DNA of 63,902 bases, filler included, from Octopus bimaculoides (lineage: Eukaryota), in assembly GCF_001194135.2 (NCBI RefSeq). It is 6 parts of 6 records of this genome, joined end to end, with 100 filler letters (N's around TTAATTAATTAA, not from the genome) between each part and the next. Parts side by side here need not be neighbours in the genome. Positions count along the whole stretch, not along the records: positions 55,392 to 59,223 come from NC_068995.1; positions 59,324 to 62,371 come from NC_068989.1; positions 62,472 to 63,902 come from NC_068992.1; 3 more parts are not named here. One strand, given 5' to 3'. The notes beneath the pieces were generated by a model, which was given only the letters and a program-made list of their open reading frames with translations, did not search any database and was not told where the DNA came from. Both the position numbers and the translations under genes were made by a program. Below, one piece after another: positions 57,977-63,902 of this stretch (positions are counted from its first letter, which is position 1; every line of letters begins with the position of its first letter).

Positions 57977-58217
57977 ATAGCAGCTAAAAAAGCTGGGAAT
58001 CTCACAGATAGCATCACTTGTAACTCACAAAGGCAAAAACAAGAAGAAAAAACAATGAAAGACTAACCAATTCAGTTGATATCATCTGAATTGGTTAGTT
58101 TTTCATTGTTTTTTCTTCTTGAATTGGTTAGTTTTTCATTGTTTTTTCTTCTTGTTTTTGCCTTTGTGAGTTACAAGTGATGCTATCTGTGAGATTCTCA
58201 GCTTTTTTAGCTGCTAT
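57977..58217. repeat. Near-perfect palindrome with 99-bp arm, 10-bp centre and a 33-bp tandem duplication in the right arm
   Basis: 57977-58075 is the reverse complement of 58086-58217 (ignoring the duplication at 58087-58119/58120-58152) with about 2 mismatches; the left arm starts at a gap. Confidence 0.9.
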
Positions 58218-58344
58218 TTTCTGAACTTCGGTATATGGTGAAGCAAATATTTTGCTGATCACTTAATTATATTTATATATACATATTTATATAAATAGGT
58301 CGTTATAGTAAGCACTCTGCGTAAGTTGCACTTAGTTATATATA

Positions 58345-58797
58345 CTCTTTACTCTTTTACTCTTTTACTTGTTTCAGTCATTTGACTGCCCCCATGCTGG
58401 AGCACCGCCTTTAGTCGAGCAANNNNNNNNNNCATGCTGGAGCACCGCCTTTAGTCGAGCAAATCGACCCCAGGACTTATTGTTTGGAAGCCTAGTACTT
58501 ATTCTATCGGTCTCTTTTGCGGAACCGCTATGTTAAGGGGACGTAAACACACCAGCATAAGTTGTCAAGCGATGTTGGGGGGACAAACACAGACACACAA
58601 ACATATGCACACACATACATATATATATACATACATATATACGACGGGCTGCTTTTGAGTGTCCATCTACCAAATCTACTCACAAGTCTTTGGTCGGCCG
58701 GAGGCTATAGTAGAAGACACCTGCCCAAGGTGCAACGCAGTGGGGCTGAACCCGGAACCATGTGGTTGGTAGGCGAGCTACTTACCACATAGCCACA
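58345..58797 (-). mobile_element. Full-length SINE family A (a 30-bp stretch is duplicated across a 10-N gap)
   Basis: Tail TACTTGTTTCAGTCATTTGACTGC, middle, internal (CA/TA)n, head GGGGCTGAACCCGGAACCATGTGGTTGG..ACCACATAGCCAC. Confidence 0.9.
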
Positions 58798-58860
58798 TAC
58801 AAACTTATCAATCATCATCTGAAATTTTCCACATTTTGCTTTCTCTCGTTTTGCATGCAT

Positions 58861-58961
<101 letters not shown>

Positions 58962-59181
58962 TTGTATTTGATGTACTTAATTTGTTTAATATATTTGATG
59001 TGTCTAATTTGTTTCTCTGCATAATTGCTTCTATACCCGCTCAAGCTGTTCCCTCATATAGCCTTTCTTTATCTTGTGGAATGATCCCCTGTATAGACGT
59101 CGGAGTATAAGTTTCAAACTTTTGAGCACTAACAAGTGTCTTCTATACTGAAAATATCTGGATCTCATCTATGAACTATAC

Positions 59182-59221
<40 letters not shown>

Positions 59222-59223
59222 GT

Positions 59224-59323
59224 NNNNNNNNNNNNNNNNNNNNNNNNNNNNNNNNNNNNNNNNNNNNTTAATTAATTAANNNNNNNNNNNNNNNNNNNNN
59301 NNNNNNNNNNNNNNNNNNNNNNN
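59224..59323. other. Artificial 100-bp scaffold spacer
   Basis: N44-TTAATTAATTAA(59268-59279)-N44. Confidence 0.95.
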
Positions 59324-59620
59324 AAGCCGTTCATTTTCACATCTAAGTTGCGAGAAGGTTATTCGTACGACCTGGACATGTAGAACACAATGTCAAAAAA
59401 GAAAATCGCCCCCCCCCTCCAAAAAAACAACCCTCCTCATGTGTGGGGGAAGGGGGGGTCCAAAATTTTTTTAAGGGGGAATCGCATGACCGTGACATGT
59501 AGAACACATTATCGAAAACGAAAATCGCCAAAATTAAAAAATAAAAAAGTTACAGCCATTTTCCCTCAGTGTCTAATTCCAATGTCCACCCGTTTTTTAA
59601 ATTTATTTATATGTATGTAT
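59324..59620. repeat. Unassigned DNA-element fragment with a 36-bp motif repeated 120 bp apart
   Basis: GACATGTAGAACACA.T.TC.AAAA.GAAAATCGCC at about 59374 and 59494; GGGGGGGTCCA..TCGCATG resembles 8118-8147. Confidence 0.45.
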
Positions 59621-59689
59621 GTAGTTCCGAGCTAACCAAGTAGCAAGAGCGGTCTATGCAACGTAACACGAACGTACGAAATGTAATAT

Positions 59690-59900
59690 TATTTCTACGT
59701 TTTGGCACAAGACTAACAATTTCGGGATTAGGGGATAAGTTGATTACATCAATCCCAGTGATCAACTGGTACTTACATTTATCGACTCCAAAAGCAAACT
59801 TGACCCCGGCAGAATTTGAACTCAGAATGTAATGACGGGCGAAATGTCGCTAAGTATTTTTCCTGGCACGCTAACGATTCTGCCAGCTTACCGCCTTATA
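59690..59900 (-). mobile_element. Nin-domain SINE family B
   Basis: TTGATTACATCAATCCCAGTGATCAACTGGTACTTAC..TTTGAACTCAGAATG..CTAACGATTCTGCCAGCTTACCGCC. Confidence 0.85.
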
Positions 59901-60682
59901 TAACCAACCAACCTAATATTGCCTCCAACTTTTATGAAGAAGTTGATGTTTAAAGTTGTTCCAAACTCGGAAGAGATCCGAGATCCAATACACTTTAAAT
60001 TAAATATGCTTGCTAGCTATCAATTCCGATTCAGTGATTTTGCATTTACTCTATTACTATTATACTTTGCTGGCTTCAACTTTTATGAACGAGTTGCTGT
60101 GGAAGGTTGATCCTGATCCAATATTCAGAATACTTCCGAGATTTAATGCACTTTAAATTAAGTAAATTACAATAATCAAATTGGATAGCAACGGTAAATG
60201 AACAGGTTCGGGCGTGTTACAAAAAGGAAAGAAATTGCCTCAAGGTGCCACTGTGAAGAAGCGTCAAATTTCCTCTGATCTCATATACGTTAATCAAGAT
60301 GTCGGCATCTTTGCCTCAGGGGTTCTACGAACCCTTGTTCTGCCTCTGGGTAGATTTCATTTTTACCATGTGCTAATACACATACATGCAGATTCCCTTC
60401 CTCTTTTCGGTGCCTGAAACTCGTCATACAATATAATTGAGTTTAATTATTATTTTCGTCATAAATATGATTAGCTTGAACGAATCACTGTTATACTAAC
60501 TTTTCCTATTGATTCAAATCCATGAATTTTAAACATAAGAAATATATCCTTGTGGTTTCCGTCTTTAACCTTACGGCCAAGGGTCCCAACCACCGGACCA
60601 CGCAAAAAAGAATACATTTCAAAATTTTATTTCTGTTATTGATTCGCAGTCTGCCGGGTGTTTTCCGTTATGTACGTAATAA

Positions 60683-60897
60683 TGGTTCAAATTTTGGCAC
60701 AAGGCTAGCAATTTCGGGGAGTGGGGGCGAAGTAATTTACATCGATCCCAGTGTTCAACTGGTACTTAATTTATCGACTCCGAAAAGATGAAAAGCAAAG
60801 TCGAACTCGGCGGAATTTGAATTCAGAACGTAAAGATAGACAAAATGTCACTAAACATTTTGCCCGGTGTGCTAACGATTCTGCCAACTCGTCACCT
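60683..60897 (-). mobile_element. Nin-domain SINE family B
   Basis: TTTTGGCACAAGGCTAGCAATTTCGGGG..ATCGATCCCAGTGTTCAACTGGTACTTAATTTATCGAC..GCTAACGATTCTGCCAACTCGTCACC. Confidence 0.88.
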
Positions 60898-61511
60898 TCA
60901 TTTTGTATGTAATGTGTGCGTGTGTGTGTGTAATAATTACATATTATGCACTTCATTGTGTTTGGTACGACGCGTGATCCCCCCTGTCAGTGGAGCAATT
61001 GTCTTGCATGAAAGCAAGCCGTGACAAAACAAACAAAAAAAAATGGGTAGGAGATGGCACTGTGTTATTCCGTTAGTGAAATTATAGTACAAATAAATTT
61101 AAATTGATAGAGTCACATTTCCAACGTGTGCCCACAGAAACAAATCTAGATTATGTTAGGGCTGTGCTTCAGGAGAGAATATTTATATAACTTGTACATT
61201 TTAGTTCCTTTAGTAACAATATTTCATACATTAGTGGTTTCGCATAATGTAAATGTTAGAATTTAAGATTTGCATTTTGGGGGATGAAAATGAAATCAGA
61301 ATCTCTACCATGTCTAAGCTATAATCTTCTGGAGATAAAAACTTCTACACTGTATTACACGTCGTTTAACAGATAATATACCAAGCTTATGTAAAATAAT
61401 AAAGGAGCTTTTTTTTTATTTATTTCCTATCACTCCATACTTCTGTGCTAGCTGTTCCAAAGCCACATTATTTACATTCAACGGATATTTCTCCTCATCT
61501 TGTTTGTTGTT

Positions 61512-61551
61512 AACACAACGTTTCGGATGATAAACCCGACAGCCTTCTTCA
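61512..61551 (-). ncRNA. Truncated type I hammerhead remnant
   Basis: Minus strand: AUGAAGA-A-GGCUG(UCGGGUUUAU)CAUCC-GAAA-C-GUU/GUGUU. The 5' strand of stem I and C3 are removed by a deletion relative to the 11701-11748 copy. Confidence 0.5.
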
Positions 61552-61623
61552 TAACCTGGGTTCTCATTCCTAAGGTATTTTTCGATGTTATTATTGTCAT
61601 TATTATTATTCAGGTCACTGCTT

Positions 61624-61677
61624 GGAATCGAACTCGGGGTTAGTAGCCTGCGCTCTTAACCACTACGCCATATGCCT
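61624..61677 (-). promoter_or_regulatory. tRNA-derived RNA polymerase III type 2 promoter (A and B boxes)
   Basis: Minus strand GGCATA-TGGCGTAGTGG (A box, 61660-61670)-TTAAGAGCGCAGGCTACTAACCCC-GAGTTCGATTCC (B box, 61624-61635); both fit the consensus; spacing is short (24 nt). Confidence 0.7.
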
Positions 61678-61706
61678 GTGGGCAATTATGGAGTTAATTT
61701 TAGGGC

Positions 61707-62100
61707 TTATAAATCTAATATTTTTCTATCCTTCCTTAATACCGGTTCCCATATGCTATTCATATCTGCACTCGGTCTGCTTAGGAGGTTGTTGTGTCCT
61801 AGCATATGTGCTGCTTCTTTTAGTTTTCGTATTTTCAACTGGTGTTCTCTGTCTATTATTTTAACTTCATCCCACAGGGGGAGGTGGTCCCCATTTTTCC
61901 ATACATCATCAGCTATACCTGATTTATCAATACTTCCTCGTGTCACAGCTTTGCGATGTTCCTCTACCCTTATTTTGAGATGGGCGGCATGTTTTGCCTT
62001 TGTATAACCTACCACAGCTGCATTGGATGGCGTACACACAGTTTTTGGTCATATTCTCTTCTATTGGTGGTTTTACTCGAAAGAGATATTTGCGAAGAGT
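61707..62100 (-). pseudogene. Penelope GIY-YIG endonuclease remnant, frameshifted
   Basis: TLRKYLFRVKPP..KNCVYAIQCSCGRLYKGKT, then LKIRVEEHRKAV..KSGIAD.VW..DHLPLWDEVKIIDRE..IRKLKEAAHM. Confidence 0.88.
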
Positions 62101-62371
62101 TGGGGTTAGGGTTATGGTTATGAGTGAGGTTATGGCAAAAATAATCATAACCCTAAAACTAACTTTGGTAATCTTCCAGTTTCGAGGGGTTAAATAAATT
62201 ACAAGGGAAATAACTGAACGACTTACCAGTATTATCCGTACTACTTTTTCTCTAAAACAGCATGCGACGGAATTTTAACAGGTAGAAAAGAATCTAAAAC
62301 AGCATGCGATGGAATTTTTTTTAATAAAAGGGGATCTTTTTTAAAACGGGGGCCACATTTTTCATTAACGA

Positions 62372-62471
62372 NNNNNNNNNNNNNNNNNNNNNNNNNNNNN
62401 NNNNNNNNNNNNNNNTTAATTAATTAANNNNNNNNNNNNNNNNNNNNNNNNNNNNNNNNNNNNNNNNNNNN
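62372..62471. other. Artificial 100-bp scaffold spacer
   Basis: N44-TTAATTAATTAA(62416-62427)-N44. Confidence 0.95.
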
Positions 62472-62826
62472 AACAGAGGCTAAATAGAGAGACAGTGGCA
62501 GACAGGCAGGCAGGCAGACAGAATAGAGAGGGATGGTGAGAGAGAAGAAATGTAAGGGGAAAGAAGAATAATGAGGGGGGGGGGGAATAGTTGAGTGACA
62601 TAATGAGACTGAGACGGAGAGAGGGGGGGGAGGGAATAAAGGGAAAGAAAGGAGAGAAAGAAATATGAAGGACCTGCAGAGAGGTGAAAGTAGGGAAAGG
62701 GAGGCAGTGAGAGATAGAGAAAGAGCACGAAAGAGAAAGAGAAAAGAGAAAAGAGAAAAGAGAAAAGAGAAAAGAGAGTAAATAGATTTATTAATGGGAG
62801 ATAACCAACAAAAAATGCAAGCAAAT

Positions 62827-62862
<36 letters not shown>

Positions 62863-62894
62863 ATGTATGTATACACACACACACGCACACACAC

Positions 62895-62954
<60 letters not shown>

Positions 62955-63382
62955 TATGTGTGTGTGTATATATAATTATATGTCTGTGTTTGCATATATA
63001 TATCTGTGCGTATATGTTTTTATGCATATAGTTACGTTTGTATCTATGTATTTATACATATATACATACAGACAGACATGCACACACACACACACACGCA
63101 TATATGTGTGTGTGTGTATGTGTGTGTTTGTATCGACGTAAGTACGTACGTATGTGTGCATATATGCTTGTAGGTACGTAACCAAAAGATATAAAAGAGG
63201 AAGTGTGGCGGTGAGGGCGGTGAAAGCGAATGAGGGGGAGACAACCGAGGAAATTTGATGACCAAATAAATGTGAGTCAGTCAGAAGTGTTGAGAGAGAG
63301 AGAGAGAGAGAGTGTGTGTGTGTTTGTCTGGAGAGAATGACTATTTCTCCCTCTCTCTTATCTTTCTCTCTCTCTCTCTATC

Positions 63383-63454
<72 letters not shown>

Positions 63455-63819
63455 ACTGATTCCCTCTTAATTTGTTAAATTCTTTTACTCCACAGCAAGA
63501 CGTGACCGGCGTATTCAATTGATTCCAGTGTTTCTAGTTAATAGATTAAGGAAGATAATGATGTGGGGAGTGGGTTGGAAGGTGGGAGAGGGGTAGGAAT
63601 GTGGATGGAAAGGATACTGGTGAAGTAGGAGGGAAGGATATTGGATGTGATGGAGGAGAGAAAAAAGAGAGACAGAAAGGGAGAGAGAGAGAAAGAGGGA
63701 GATGAATAATGAACAGTCTTCACACATATAAGCGTGTGCACACACGCACACATACACACACACACACACCTGTATCAAGGATATATATATGTATATATGT
63801 ATGCGTATCTCTCTATCTA

Positions 63820-63862
<43 letters not shown>

Positions 63863-63902
63863 CAGTCAGTTTATACACACACACACACACACACATACAC
63901 AC
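62472..63902. repeat. Scaffold piece made mostly of simple repeats: (AGAGAAA)n, (TG)n, (CA)n, (TA)n, (TC)n
   Basis: Directly visible; no coding motif recognised. Confidence 0.85.

Larger units (their letters stand above)
61470..62100 (-). mobile_element. Penelope-like element 3' end: GIY-YIG remnant, then a terminal region with tRNA-like promoter, (AAT)n and hammerhead remnant
   Basis: See the sub-features; 61470-61600 is shared with the solo copy at 11655-11800. Confidence 0.85.

Noticed and set aside
58393-58462. 30-bp direct repeat CATGCTGGAGCACCGCCTTTAGTCGAGCAA
   Set aside because: Identical copies flank a 10-N gap inside a SINE: an unmerged contig overlap.
61624-61680. Genuine tRNA gene
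   Set aside because: A and B boxes are present, but there is no complete cloverleaf or acceptor stem. The same holds for the SINE heads at 13778, 21755 and 53634.

Overview
Eukaryotic, AT-rich, microsatellite-saturated repeat landscape, about a quarter of it N gaps. I found no supportable host protein-coding gene, rRNA, genuine tRNA or CRISPR array. The SINE families and simple-repeat load look like a coleoid cephalopod (Octopus-like) genome; this is inferred from recognition and was not checked against a database. Five identical 100-bp spacers (N44-TTAATTAATTAA-N44) show the window is six separately assembled pieces (1-21975, 22076-52807, 52908-55291, 55392-59223, 59324-62371, 62472-63902), so adjacency across them is not evidence. 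Nearly all ORFs in the track are simple-repeat or gap artefacts. The real coding remnants are all transposable elements. DNA transposons: IR/DR Tc1 (DD34E), two mariner loci, a maT-like N-terminus, Tigger/pogo, a hAT MITE and Helitrons (RepHel fossil plus non-autonomous copies). Retroelements: RTE, CR1-group and HERO-like LINEs, Penelope-like elements (RT and GIY-YIG fragments), and at least four tRNA-derived SINE families. Most interesting: (1) several distinct minimal type I hammerhead ribozyme motifs in Penelope-like terminal repeats, one near-canonical at 50656-50700; (2) a Penelope 3' end carrying a tRNA-derived Pol III promoter, a microsatellite and then a hammerhead; (3) a PHD-like zinc finger inside the RTE reverse transcriptase; (4) a hairpin-bearing 66-bp A/B alternating array in the RTE 3' tail; (5) an inverted duplicated element of about 470 bp whose conserved core looks like a promoter (CTCF-like pair, CCAAT, TATA); (6) several fold-back elements.
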